Shown here piece by piece: positions 36,302 to 44,029 of a DNA stretch of 44,029 nt. This DNA comes from a virus (Duplodnaviria; Caudoviricetes). How positions within the stretch are numbered: the stretch's first letter is position 1; each line of letters opens with the position of its first letter. Both the position numbers and the translations under genes were made by a program. The notes below the pieces were generated by a model. The model made no database searches and had not been told where the DNA came from. It saw nothing but the letters and a program-made list of their open reading frames with translations. The stretch spans positions 1 through 44,029 of the IMG/VR virus record IMGVR_UViG_3300042935_000583. One strand, written 5' to 3'.

Positions 36302-36510
36302 GCAATAAAACATTTTTTAAGCAGGTAGGGGGCAAACATTATCGATCGATGAAGGTGCAGCCTTCTGTATTTATAAATAAAAATAATTTACCTTTTGCAG
36401 AAGGTAATGCAATCAAATACATATGCAGACACAGGCTAAAAGGAAAAAAAGAAGATATATTAAAAGCAATACATTATTTAGAAATGATTATTGAGAGAGA
36501 CTATGAATGA
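36298..36510 (+). CDS. DUF3310 / T7 gp1.7-like protein
   Basis: QVGGKHY...EGNAIKYICRH..KG..EDILKAIHYL. Confidence 0.8.
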   Translation: MSNKTFFKQVGGKHYRSMKVQPSVFINKNNLPFAEGNAIKYICRHRLKGKKEDILKAIHYLEMIIERDYE

Positions 36511-38384
36511 GTTATCAAATTAATATGACTATACCTAATTCAGAATGGGTTACTCCAAGTGAGTTTCCGGATCTTTCACATGAAGATGAAATAGCAATAG
36601 ATTTAGAAACAAGAGACGAGAATATGAAAACTCTTGGAACTGGCTGGGCTAGAAGAGATGGAGAGATAGTTGGTATTGCAGTGGCTGCAGGTTCTTTTAA
36701 AGGTTATTACCCAGTTAATCACCAAGGCGGAGGCAACTTACCAAGATCAAAAGTATTTAAATGGATTCAAGAAGTATTAAAAACTGATGCTGCTAAAATA
36801 ATGCATAACGCTCAATACGATTTAGGTTGGATTAGATCTATGGGTTGGGAAGTAAAGGGACCTATCATTGATACAATGGTCACTGCTGCCCTGGTTGATG
36901 AAAACAGAAGAAGTTATTCTTTAAATAATTTATCAATAGAAATGTTAGGTGAAATGAAATCTGAAACAGAATTAAAAGAAGAAGCAGCGCAAAGAGGCTT
37001 GGATGCTAAAGCTGAATTATGGAAGATGCCTGCAATGGCGGTAGGTTTTTATGCTGAGCAAGATGCTGTACTTACATTAAAACTTTGGCATCATTTAAAA
37101 ACATTTGTTAAGAAAGAACAATTACAAACTATATGGAATACAGAAATGGAGTTGCTTCCAATATTAATAAAAATGAGAGAGATTGGAATTAGAATTGATT
37201 TAGATAAAGCTGAGATATTAAAAAAACAATTTAAAACATTAGAGAGCAGTTTAATTACAGAGATAAAAAAATTATCAGGAGTAGCTGTAGACATATGGGC
37301 TGCTAGATCAGTGGCTAAAGCATTTGATGCTGTTGGAATTAAATATGATTTAACTGAAAAAAGTAAAGCGCCATCATTTACTACAAATTGGCTCACGAAC
37401 AACGAACATCCACTTGCAAAATTAATTAGAGAAGCAAGAGAAGTAAACAAACTTCATTCAACATTTATAGATAGTTTTTTAAGATTCTCACACAAAGGTA
37501 GAATTCATGCTGAAATTAATCAATTAAGATCAGATACGGGAGGAACTGTGTCAGGAAGATTGTCCTATTCTAACCCTAATTTACAACAAATTCCTGCTAG
37601 AAATAAGGAATATGGTAAATTAATTAGAGGTTTGTTCTTACCTGAAGAAGGATGTAAGTGGGGATCGTTTGACTATTCACAACAAGAACCAAGACTGGTT
37701 GTTCATTACGCAGCAACTACAGATAAAAAATTAGGTGGTCTTGCAGGGGCAGATGTATTAATTAAAGCTTATAGGGAAGACGATGCTGACTTTCACCAGG
37801 TTGTAGCTGATATGGCTAATATCCCTAGAACACAGGCTAAAACAATTAATTTAGGTATATTTTATGGAATGGGACAAGCTAAGTTAGCTAAACAACTAGG
37901 AATAACAGTAGAAGAAGCAAAAGCAATTTTAGCAGAATACAACAGTAAAGTTCCTTTTGTTAAACAATTAGCCAATAGAGTTCAAAAGCAAGCATCAGAA
38001 ACAGGTGCGGTTAAAACAATTGGTGGAAGAAAATGTAGATTTAATTTATACGAACCAAAAAGCTATGGATTGTTTTTAGCTTTAACTGAAAAAGAATATA
38101 TTATGGAACATGGAAGTTTATCTTCTGCTAGAAGAGCGATGACATACAAAGCTTTAAATAGATTAATTCAAGGATCTGCAGCAGATCAAGTAAAAATTGC
38201 TATGGTTAATTGTTATAAGGCAGGACATATACCAATGTTACAAATTCATGATGAGTTATGTTTTAATATAGAATCTGAGAGTGATGAAAAAAATATTATT
38301 AATGTAATGGAAAATTCAGTAGAGTTAGAAGTTCCTAATAAGGTTGATGTGTCGATAGGAGATAATTGGGGAGAGGCAATGTAA
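36507..38384 (+). CDS. polA: Family A DNA polymerase with 3'-5' exonuclease
   Basis: DLETRD, HNAQYD, YAEQD (exo); GRLS..NPNLQQIP, DYSQQEPR, AKTINLGIFYG, IQGSAAD, QIHDEL. Confidence 0.95.
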   Translation: MSYQINMTIPNSEWVTPSEFPDLSHEDEIAIDLETRDENMKTLGTGWARRDGEIVGIAVAAGSFKGYYPVNHQGGGNLPRSKVFKWIQEVLKTDAAKIMHNAQYDLGWIRSMGWEVKGPIIDTMVTAALVDENRRSYSLNNLSIEMLGEMKSETELKEEAAQRGLDAKAELWKMPAMAVGFYAEQDAVLTLKLWHHLKTFVKKEQLQTIWNTEMELLPILIKMREIGIRIDLDKAEILKKQFKTLESSLITEIKKLSGVAVDIWAARSVAKAFDAVGIKYDLTEKSKAPSFTTNWLTNNEHPLAKLIREAREVNKLHSTFIDSFLRFSHKGRIHAEINQLRSDTGGTVSGRLSYSNPNLQQIPARNKEYGKLIRGLFLPEEGCKWGSFDYSQQEPRLVVHYAATTDKKLGGLAGADVLIKAYREDDADFHQVVADMANIPRTQAKTINLGIFYGMGQAKLAKQLGITVEEAKAILAEYNSKVPFVKQLANRVQKQASETGAVKTIGGRKCRFNLYEPKSYGLFLALTEKEYIMEHGSLSSARRAMTYKALNRLIQGSAADQVKIAMVNCYKAGHIPMLQIHDELCFNIESESDEKNIINVMENSVELEVPNKVDVSIGDNWGEAM

Positions 38385-38761
38385 TGTTGAAAACACTTTG
38401 GCCTAAATATCTATTATTTAAAAACAAAATTGAAGCAATTAATATTGAACAAATTGATTTTGAAAATATTAGTTATGCAAAAGCAGAGTTTACTACACCA
38501 CCTGTATTAGAGAAAAAAGAAAATCATAGATTTGTTTGTAGAGATGGTAACTGTAGATTAACAATAGCTAGCAAAGAAAACTACACGCATGCTTTATGTT
38601 ATGTGTTGGAAGATAAAGATGAAGTCCTTTTTTTTAAAAGATTAAATGATTTAGTATATAAAAACGAAAAAGAAAATATTCCTATGAATGATTTTGAATT
38701 TATTTTTAAAGACGACTTTCTCTATGCATTAATTAGTAAATGCAAAAATTTATTTAACTAA
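38384..38761 (+). CDS. Possible ParB/Srx-like domain protein
   Basis: PPVL...FVCRDGNCRL resembles the ParB-N DGxxR motif; coupled start at 38384. Confidence 0.45.
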   Translation: MLKTLWPKYLLFKNKIEAINIEQIDFENISYAKAEFTTPPVLEKKENHRFVCRDGNCRLTIASKENYTHALCYVLEDKDEVLFFKRLNDLVYKNEKENIPMNDFEFIFKDDFLYALISKCKNLFN

Positions 38762-38762
38762 A

Positions 38763-38978
38763 CTAAGAAGCGATATCTAAATCTTCTTCAGTATTAAATA
38801 ATTCTTCTCTTGCTTTTAATACATCTTGTTCTCTAAGCTTTCTTTTAATTTCTTTAAGCTCAAGATCAATTTGCATCATATCAAGAGTTTCTGTTCCTTG
38901 CTCAAGATACTTTTGGTTCCACTTGGTTTCCAAAACCATCTTTTTAGCTAACAACGATTCCTGACTTTGCAGCATCAT
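38763..38978 (-). CDS. Small helical hypothetical protein
   Basis: 71 aa; GAGGAG upstream on the - strand. Confidence 0.65.
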   Translation of the reverse strand: MMLQSQESLLAKKMVLETKWNQKYLEQGTETLDMMQIDLELKEIKRKLREQDVLKAREELFNTEEDLDIAS

Positions 38979-39159
38979 TTATCTCCTCATATGTTAGGAA
39001 GACTTTGGACGGGGAATAAGTAACTTCTTTACTCCAAGTTCCTCCGCCTTCTCTAAGCTTTGTTATAAAGTTGCTCTTCGCTTCATCATCACTAGTACCA
39101 TTTACGTCAAGTATTATACGTTGACCAGCATATCTAGCGATAAAACGATACAACTTCAT
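38944..39159 (-). CDS. Small hypothetical protein
   Basis: 71 aa, overlaps and is coupled to the downstream - strand gene. Confidence 0.6.
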   Translation of the reverse strand: MKLYRFIARYAGQRIILDVNGTSDDEAKSNFITKLREGGGTWSKEVTYSPSKVFLTYEEINDAAKSGIVVS

Positions 39160-39241
39160 AATGTAATAATATCAATGATTTAATATTATTGCAATACTAT
39201 CTATTGACATCTAACTATATTTCATTATATCAAGATAAGAT

Positions 39242-39508
39242 ATGACAACAAAAAGCAAATCGAAAGCGTGGCAAGGATATTCTTCTAAAGTAGATGATAT
39301 TTTAGGCAGAATGTATGACACCAACTATCAAGGTCAAAAAGTGACTGAAGATAGTCCTGAATGTGTGGATGCAATACTTCGACTGTCTAATATTAGTATA
39401 AAAATGGGTAATATAGATTTTTTTCCATTGACTGAACATTATGCTAAGTTATTAGTAAGAGATGAATTGTTATCTAGAGAAGAAGAAAAACAACAAAGGA
39501 GACATTAA
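39242..39508 (+). CDS. Hypothetical protein
   Basis: 88 aa, after TTGACA at 39204 in a divergent promoter region. Confidence 0.65.
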   Translation: MTTKSKSKAWQGYSSKVDDILGRMYDTNYQGQKVTEDSPECVDAILRLSNISIKMGNIDFFPLTEHYAKLLVRDELLSREEEKQQRRH

Positions 39509-39618
39509 TGAAAGAACATTGGAAACATGTTAATCAAATTTTAATATTAACTTTAATATTATTTCCTAAATTAACTTTAATTTTCATTGGACTTATGGCT
39601 TACCTTTGGCTATTTTAA
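39508..39618 (+). CDS. 36-aa membrane microprotein
   Basis: MKEHWKHVNQILILTLILFPKLTLIFIGLMAYLWLF*; AGGAG RBS, TAATG coupling. Confidence 0.6.
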   Translation: MKEHWKHVNQILILTLILFPKLTLIFIGLMAYLWLF

Positions 39619-39626
39619 GGATAAAT

Positions 39627-39827
39627 ATGGACTATACAAAATGGAAATCAGTGGCAGTTAGAAAAGATAAGTACGATATAATAAAAGCTTTGTGTGATAA
39701 AAAATACAGAGCGCCTGCAGCATTTATTGCAAAACTTGTTGATGAGTATATTACTTTTCAAGCAAGTAAAAACAAACAAACTGTAGAAATTTATATTAAT
39801 AATTTGTTAAACAGAAAAACAAAATGA
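39627..39827 (+). CDS. Possible ribbon-helix-helix-like DNA-binding protein
   Basis: MDYTKWKSVAV (strand) followed by two amphipathic helices; AAGGA RBS. Confidence 0.55.
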   Translation: MDYTKWKSVAVRKDKYDIIKALCDKKYRAPAAFIAKLVDEYITFQASKNKQTVEIYINNLLNRKTK

Positions 39828-39940
39828 CTAGAGCAAGTTATTTAATGGCAATAAGAAAATTAATTGCAGCATATAAGAAAAAATATGATTGCTTTGGTAA
39901 GCAAAGAAATAAACCAATTAAAAAAAAGAGAAGAAGATAA
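39824..39940 (+). CDS. 38-aa basic microprotein
   Basis: MTRASYLMAIRKLIAAYKKKYDCFGKQRNKPIKKKRRR*; ATGA/TAATG coupling. Confidence 0.55.
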   Translation: MTRASYLMAIRKLIAAYKKKYDCFGKQRNKPIKKKRRR

Positions 39941-40008
39941 TGGAAGCAGATATACTTCAACTAATAATTATAGGAATACTTTCAGCATTTTTTATAAGTA
40001 TTATTTAA
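39940..40008 (+). CDS. 22-aa membrane micropeptide
   Basis: MEADILQLIIIGILSAFFISII*; coupled start. Confidence 0.45.
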   Translation: MEADILQLIIIGILSAFFISII

Positions 40009-40009
40009 T

Positions 40010-40099
40010 ATGATTGAATTAATGAAAGCATTATATTGGTCAGAAATTATTATGATAATAATTTTGGGAATAATTTTTATAAGTCTTATGAAAAAATGA
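40010..40099 (+). CDS. 29-aa membrane micropeptide
   Basis: MIELMKALYWSEIIMIIILGIIFISLMKK*. Confidence 0.5.
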   Translation: MIELMKALYWSEIIMIIILGIIFISLMKK

Positions 40100-40191
40100 T
40101 TTATATAAAAAATCATAAACCAAATGGTTGGGTATTCTTAATAATAATATGCTGGTTGTTACTAATTGTAGCAATAATTACACTTAAATGA
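40096..40191 (+). CDS. 31-aa membrane micropeptide
   Basis: MIYIKNHKPNGWVFLIIICWLLLIVAIITLK*; ATGA coupling on both ends. Confidence 0.5.
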   Translation: MIYIKNHKPNGWVFLIIICWLLLIVAIITLK

Positions 40192-40295
40192 TTTATAAAT
40201 TGCTTAAAAAGTTTTCTTCTTGGTTAGATTATAAGCTTTGGAGGCATGAATTAAAACTAAAAATAAAAAGACATAAAAAAGAAGGTGACCTTTGA
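40188..40295 (+). CDS. 35-aa basic microprotein
   Basis: MIYKLLKKFSSWLDYKLWRHELKLKIKRHKKEGDL*; stop overlaps the TTG start of the epimerase. Confidence 0.5.
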   Translation: MIYKLLKKFSSWLDYKLWRHELKLKIKRHKKEGDL

Positions 40296-41293
40296 AAGTA
40301 TTAATTACAGGAGCTGCTGGTTTTTTAGGCGCTCATATTGGATATAAATTAAGTAAAATTGGTTATGATGTCTATGGAGTAGATAACATGATTGGGGGAG
40401 ATGATTATAACTGGAGTTATTTACCTAAAGACAAAGTTTTTAAATATGACTGTTCTAACTTAGAACAAATGCTTAAAGCAACTAAGGGAATAGATATTGT
40501 TTATCATTGTGCAGCAACTCCTCATGAAGGACTTTCAGTATTTTCACCATATACAATTACACAAAACAATTTAATGGCAACTGTAGGTGTTGTAACAGCA
40601 GCTATTCAAAACAAAGTTAAAAAGATTATTTATTGTTCATCAATGGCAAGATATGGACATCAAGGAACTCCGTTTACAGAAGATATGGAACCAAGACCTG
40701 TTGATCCTTATGGTGTGTCAAAAGTAGCGGGTGAACAAATGTTACAAATATTATGTGATACTCATGGTGTTGATTGGGTAATTGCAGTTCCGCATAACAT
40801 TATAGGGCCATTACAAAAATATGATGATCCATTTAGAAATGTGGTTTCAATATTTTTAAATAGAATGATGCAGGGTAAGCCGCCTATAATTTATGGAGAT
40901 GGATTACAAACAAGATGTTTTTCATATGTGGATGACTGTGTGTATTGTTTAATAAGAATGATTCATGCCGGCAGCAGAGAAGTTATAAACATAGGACCAG
41001 ACGAAGAATTTACAACTGTAAAAGAATTAGCTGAGATATGTGCAAACATAACTGGTTATAATGAATCGTTTGAATATGTGCCTGACAGACCACAAGAAGT
41101 TAAGCATGCTGTGTGTTCATCAGATAAAGCTAGAAGAATTTTAAAATATAAAACAACAACTAAACTACATAAAGCTGTTCAAGAGACTTATGAGTTTATT
41201 AAGGAACAAGGACCTAAACCTTTTAATTATTATTTAAATTTAGAAATAATAAATGAGAAGACTCCTAAAACTTGGACTGAGAAGAAGATATGA
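40292..41293 (+). CDS. NAD-dependent nucleotide-sugar epimerase/dehydratase
   Basis: ITGAAGFLG, CSSMARYG, YGVSK (YxxxK), IYGDGLQTRCFSYVDD. Confidence 0.9.
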   Translation: MKVLITGAAGFLGAHIGYKLSKIGYDVYGVDNMIGGDDYNWSYLPKDKVFKYDCSNLEQMLKATKGIDIVYHCAATPHEGLSVFSPYTITQNNLMATVGVVTAAIQNKVKKIIYCSSMARYGHQGTPFTEDMEPRPVDPYGVSKVAGEQMLQILCDTHGVDWVIAVPHNIIGPLQKYDDPFRNVVSIFLNRMMQGKPPIIYGDGLQTRCFSYVDDCVYCLIRMIHAGSREVINIGPDEEFTTVKELAEICANITGYNESFEYVPDRPQEVKHAVCSSDKARRILKYKTTTKLHKAVQETYEFIKEQGPKPFNYYLNLEIINEKTPKTWTEKKI

Positions 41294-42192
41294 ACCATGT
41301 GTTTTGTTTTGTAAGCTCTGCTAATACAGAAAATTTTTCAAGACTTGCTTTATACTCATTTTTTTTAAATACAAAACTAGAACCAGGAGACATATTTGTA
41401 TTTGTTAATAATGATGGAACAAACGCATTTAAAGGTGAGTATCCAATAGATATTTATATTAATAATAAAACTCCAAAGTCTTGGGCAGAAAACTTTAATA
41501 AAGGTTTAAGAATAGCTAAAAGATTTAAAAAACATTTTGTTGTTATAACAAACGACATTGTGTTTACTAAAAATTGGTTTGAACCATTAAAACAAAGAGA
41601 TGATGCTGTGTTGATACCTGCTTGTAATATAAATTATTTATATAATGCTGCAGAGTTTAGAACATCTCCATGTATGCAAATCGAAGAATACATTGGAAAA
41701 GAAAAAAATTTAGAAGACATTGTTCAGTTTCATCAAAATAAATTTAAGTTTGAAGACGTACAAGAAAGAATATTTATGCAATTGTATCTTGGTAGAATAC
41801 CTTATCAAGTTCATAGTAGTGTAGGATATTTTGACCATACATTTTCTAATTGTGGGGGAGAAGATATGGATTTTAGGATTAGATGTGCAATACAGGGTTT
41901 TAAAACTATGATAGCAAATCATTCATTGACCTTACATTTTCATGGTAAATCTAGCTGGGATGGTACAGAAACAACTGCTGAGGAAGAGGAAAGAAGAGCA
42001 AAATACATAGATAAATCAATGAAAAAATGGGGTTTGGACTTAACTGAAGTATTTATTAAGGGTACAAATGCTAGAGAACATTGCATTCAACTAGGATTAG
42101 AAGAGCAATTTAAAAACGGAGAATCTTTTAATATTATAAGATTATTAGTACAAAAGAACTTGCCAAAAGAACAAATAACCTCTAGTAATTAA
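41290..42192 (+). CDS. GT2-family glycosyltransferase
   Basis: FVNND, AENFNKGL, ITNDIVF, VGYFD, GGEDMDFRIR. Confidence 0.75.
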   Translation: MNHVFCFVSSANTENFSRLALYSFFLNTKLEPGDIFVFVNNDGTNAFKGEYPIDIYINNKTPKSWAENFNKGLRIAKRFKKHFVVITNDIVFTKNWFEPLKQRDDAVLIPACNINYLYNAAEFRTSPCMQIEEYIGKEKNLEDIVQFHQNKFKFEDVQERIFMQLYLGRIPYQVHSSVGYFDHTFSNCGGEDMDFRIRCAIQGFKTMIANHSLTLHFHGKSSWDGTETTAEEEERRAKYIDKSMKKWGLDLTEVFIKGTNAREHCIQLGLEEQFKNGESFNIIRLLVQKNLPKEQITSSN

Positions 42193-42196
42193 TTTT

Positions 42197-42388
42197 ATGG
42201 ATATAATTTATAAAACTTGTAATCATTGTCGAGGTAATGGATACATCACTGTGTTTTTAGGTGAAGGAACTGTTACTTGTAACGAGTGCAGTGGTGCAGG
42301 TTATTTTTATCCAAGTAAGACGAACAAAGAAACACGAACAACGGACCTCAACCCTAATAAGGAGTCCGTATCATGTCAACAACCGTAG
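42197..42388 (+). CDS. DnaJ-type zinc-finger microprotein
   Basis: Two CxxCxGxG motifs (CNHCRGNG, CNECSGAG). Confidence 0.7.
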   Translation: MDIIYKTCNHCRGNGYITVFLGEGTVTCNECSGAGYFYPSKTNKETRTTDLNPNKESVSCQQP

Positions 42389-42690
42389 ATCCAAAATTAG
42401 AGTTTACAAAGACACTCGAAATATTAGCAACACGATTAAATAAAACCGAATACGATAGAGTAACTTCAACATTATTTCTGTTATACTGTGGAGATTCAAT
42501 GGGGTTTCAACAAAATGCTGATCCTTATTTAATTCCTACATTTAAGAAAGTATGGGAAGAAACTAAACAAAAAAGATTAAGTAACTTTGCAGTAATAAGG
42601 CGGTTTAAAGTGTATGAAAACAAAGAAAAAGAAAATACCAGACAAGGTGTTAAGAATGTTTCGAGACAAGGAATTGGCGATGGAAATTAA
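42373..42690 (+). CDS. Hypothetical protein
   Basis: 105 aa, TAAGGAG RBS. Confidence 0.6.
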   Translation: MSTTVDPKLEFTKTLEILATRLNKTEYDRVTSTLFLLYCGDSMGFQQNADPYLIPTFKKVWEETKQKRLSNFAVIRRFKVYENKEKENTRQGVKNVSRQGIGDGN

Positions 42691-42940
42691 AAATTTTAAG
42701 CGAAATCTATCCAATCACTATCAAAGGGACTATGATTACACTATGGACGAGTTAGATTTATTCATTGAAGAATTCATGGCTTTACAAAAGGGGACAACAA
42801 AATTGACTCCTTTAGAGGCACGCCTATTAATGGGCCAAGTGAACATCAGTTATGACATAAGCAGAGAAAGGAAACTACCAATAGAAACGAGGTATTACGG
42901 TGAGTTACTCTCCAGGCTTATTAAAAGTTATGGGCATTAA
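42614..42940 (+). CDS. Hypothetical protein
   Basis: 108 aa; start uncertain because it overlaps the previous ORF. Confidence 0.55.
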   Translation: MKTKKKKIPDKVLRMFRDKELAMEIKNFKRNLSNHYQRDYDYTMDELDLFIEEFMALQKGTTKLTPLEARLLMGQVNISYDISRERKLPIETRYYGELLSRLIKSYGH

Positions 42941-43343
42941 AATTGCCAGTACACTTTTAGAAACTAACAAACACGAACCAGAACAAAAGTTGTGGCAAGC
43001 AGTCCTTGTAAACGCTTTCGAAGATGTGTTGTGTAATGCATCTGACAAAAAATCAGCAATCGCAAAGTGGCAAGCAAATGAATGGTTTAAAAATTCTGAC
43101 GAAAAAGATTTTGAATCAATTTGTTATATGTCTGGGTTTGATCCGGATTATGTATTGCAAAGATATAATTTAGCAATTAAAGAAAATAAAATTAAATTCA
43201 ACCAGCGACAAAAAGCCTGGGGTGAATATTATAAAGTTTTAGTAAAATTTCATGCAGCAGATACAAGGGAAATTAAAAGAGAACTTAAATTAAGCCTTGA
43301 AAAAGTTAGACAAAAGGTAATGTTAACAAAATTTGAAGAGTAG
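42930..43343 (+). CDS. Conserved hypothetical phage protein
   Basis: PEQKLWQAVLVNAFED...A.EWF...DFESIC.MSGFDP.YV; start moved to ATG 42930. Confidence 0.65.
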   Translation: MGIKIASTLLETNKHEPEQKLWQAVLVNAFEDVLCNASDKKSAIAKWQANEWFKNSDEKDFESICYMSGFDPDYVLQRYNLAIKENKIKFNQRQKAWGEYYKVLVKFHAADTREIKRELKLSLEKVRQKVMLTKFEE

Positions 43344-43401
43344 TATTGCTCTCATCTAAAACCATAGTCTAAGATTGCAACCCTAAAACAAAGGAGGAGA
43401 C

Positions 43402-43539
43402 ATGGCAAAAAAGAAAAAATCAGAAACATTAGAAGATATCCTAGATAGAATTGAAGCCGATATTCAAGCTATTAGAGATAAAACTAGCGAAGATACTGAC
43501 GATTTTGACGATTCAGATGATGAATCGGATGATGAGTAG
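43402..43539 (+). CDS. 45-aa protein with highly acidic tail (not in ORF track)
   Basis: MAKKKKSETLEDILDRIEADIQAIRDKTSEDTDDFDDSDDESDDE*; AAGGAGG RBS. Confidence 0.7.
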   Translation: MAKKKKSETLEDILDRIEADIQAIRDKTSEDTDDFDDSDDESDDE

Positions 43540-43580
43540 AGGTATTGACTTATAAGCACAATCACAAGTAGTATATAAGC

Positions 43581-43656
43581 TCAAATATTTTCATATTTGA
43601 CCTTTCTTTTTGTTTAAGTTGTAGGGGGCCTAGTTTCAATACTAGGCCTTCTCTTT
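43581..43656 (+). ncRNA. Candidate small RNA
   Basis: Upstream TTGACT-18bp-TAGTAT; 8-bp hairpin 43581-43600, pyrimidine tract, then terminator hairpin; no + strand ORF. Confidence 0.45.
43623..43656 (+). terminator. Rho-independent terminator-like hairpin
   Basis: AGGGGGCCTAGT-TTCAAT-ACTAGGCCTTCT followed by CTTT. Confidence 0.7.
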
Positions 43657-43716
43657 ACCCCTTGAAAATTTCATAATACAATCTATATTAGAATAAATTA
43701 ATTAAAGGAGATAAAC

Positions 43717-43836
43717 ATGTTAAACTATTCAGATATAAAGTCTTATTGGACAAAGTTTGCTCAAGACATGACAACAGATGTTAAATCAGCTTGGGAAAAC
43801 TACTTCAAGACTATCGAGTCTTTTTATAAAAAATAA
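43717..43836 (+). CDS. 39-aa amphipathic microprotein (not in ORF track)
   Basis: MLNYSDIKSYWTKFAQDMTTDVKSAWENYFKTIESFYKK*; AAGGAG RBS; TTGAAA promoter-like site at 43662. Confidence 0.65.
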   Translation: MLNYSDIKSYWTKFAQDMTTDVKSAWENYFKTIESFYKK

Positions 43837-43874
43837 TCATTGACATTGGTATATTAATAAATAAATTAGCTTTT

Positions 43875-44013
43875 GGGGCAATTAACCTTGTTATGTGAAG
43901 TTGCTCCGTCATAGTTACCTCTATGATTAGTTGGTTATTAGGCTTTCATGGTGAGCCAAAGATCACCATGCTCTTCTCCTGTTTGGTTTGTTAGATTTCC
44001 GAGCAGGAGAGGA
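43875..44013 (+). ncRNA. Candidate structured noncoding RNA(s) with four tandem hairpins
   Basis: Stems 43875-83/43899-907, 43908-14/43921-27, 43947-54/43963-70 and 43972-86/43999-44013; TTGACA at 43840. Confidence 0.45.
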
Positions 44014-44029
44014 CTATCTAAGACACCTC

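Noticed and set aside
545-37450. Many short - strand ORFs in the track (e.g. 545, 1396, 8751, 9024, 21442, 24563, 32018, 37091)
   Set aside because: They lie antisense within well-supported + strand genes, with no RBS or motifs; they are shadow ORFs.
43340-44029. CRISPR mini-array or tRNA in the terminal noncoding region
   Set aside because: No regularly spaced direct repeats and no cloverleaf with T-loop or CCA features seen.
1-44029. Stop-codon reassignment or programmed frameshift
   Set aside because: Genes tile the window under the standard code, with TAA, TAG and TGA all used as coupled stops; no split conserved gene or clear slippery site was seen.

Overview
The window is about 44 kb of an AT-rich, tailed dsDNA bacteriophage genome. 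It looks podovirus-like, and its capsid, gene order and PolA type resemble what I recall of HTVC023P/37-F6-type SAR11-clade phages; the host is an inference. The left part (1-29.4 kb, + strand) is the virion and lysis region: major capsid and decoration proteins, SAM decarboxylase, two cell-wall hydrolases, small basic proteins, head-tail and tail proteins, three paralogous beta-propeller proteins, four 2OG-Fe(II) oxygenases, two glycosyltransferases and ejection proteins. The right part (29.4-44 kb) holds the replication module (PD-(D/E)xK nuclease, SNF2 helicase on the - strand, SSB-like protein, AEP primase, UvrD helicase, DUF3310, Leu762-type PolA), a chain of microproteins, an epimerase/GT2 pair and a terminal noncoding region rich in hairpins. 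I saw no terminase, portal, integrase, RNA polymerase, tRNA or CRISPR array. The most unusual signals are: (i) recurring CG-alternating islands written into coding sequence against the codon bias; (ii) a promoter embedded in the capsid terminator that would make a multi-helix, pseudoknotted leader RNA; (iii) a probable virion hydroxylation and glycosylation system; (iv) shared xxGG and YYGDL motifs in putative internal proteins; (v) candidate anti-Shine-Dalgarno small RNAs. All calls come from reading motifs by eye; no searches were run.
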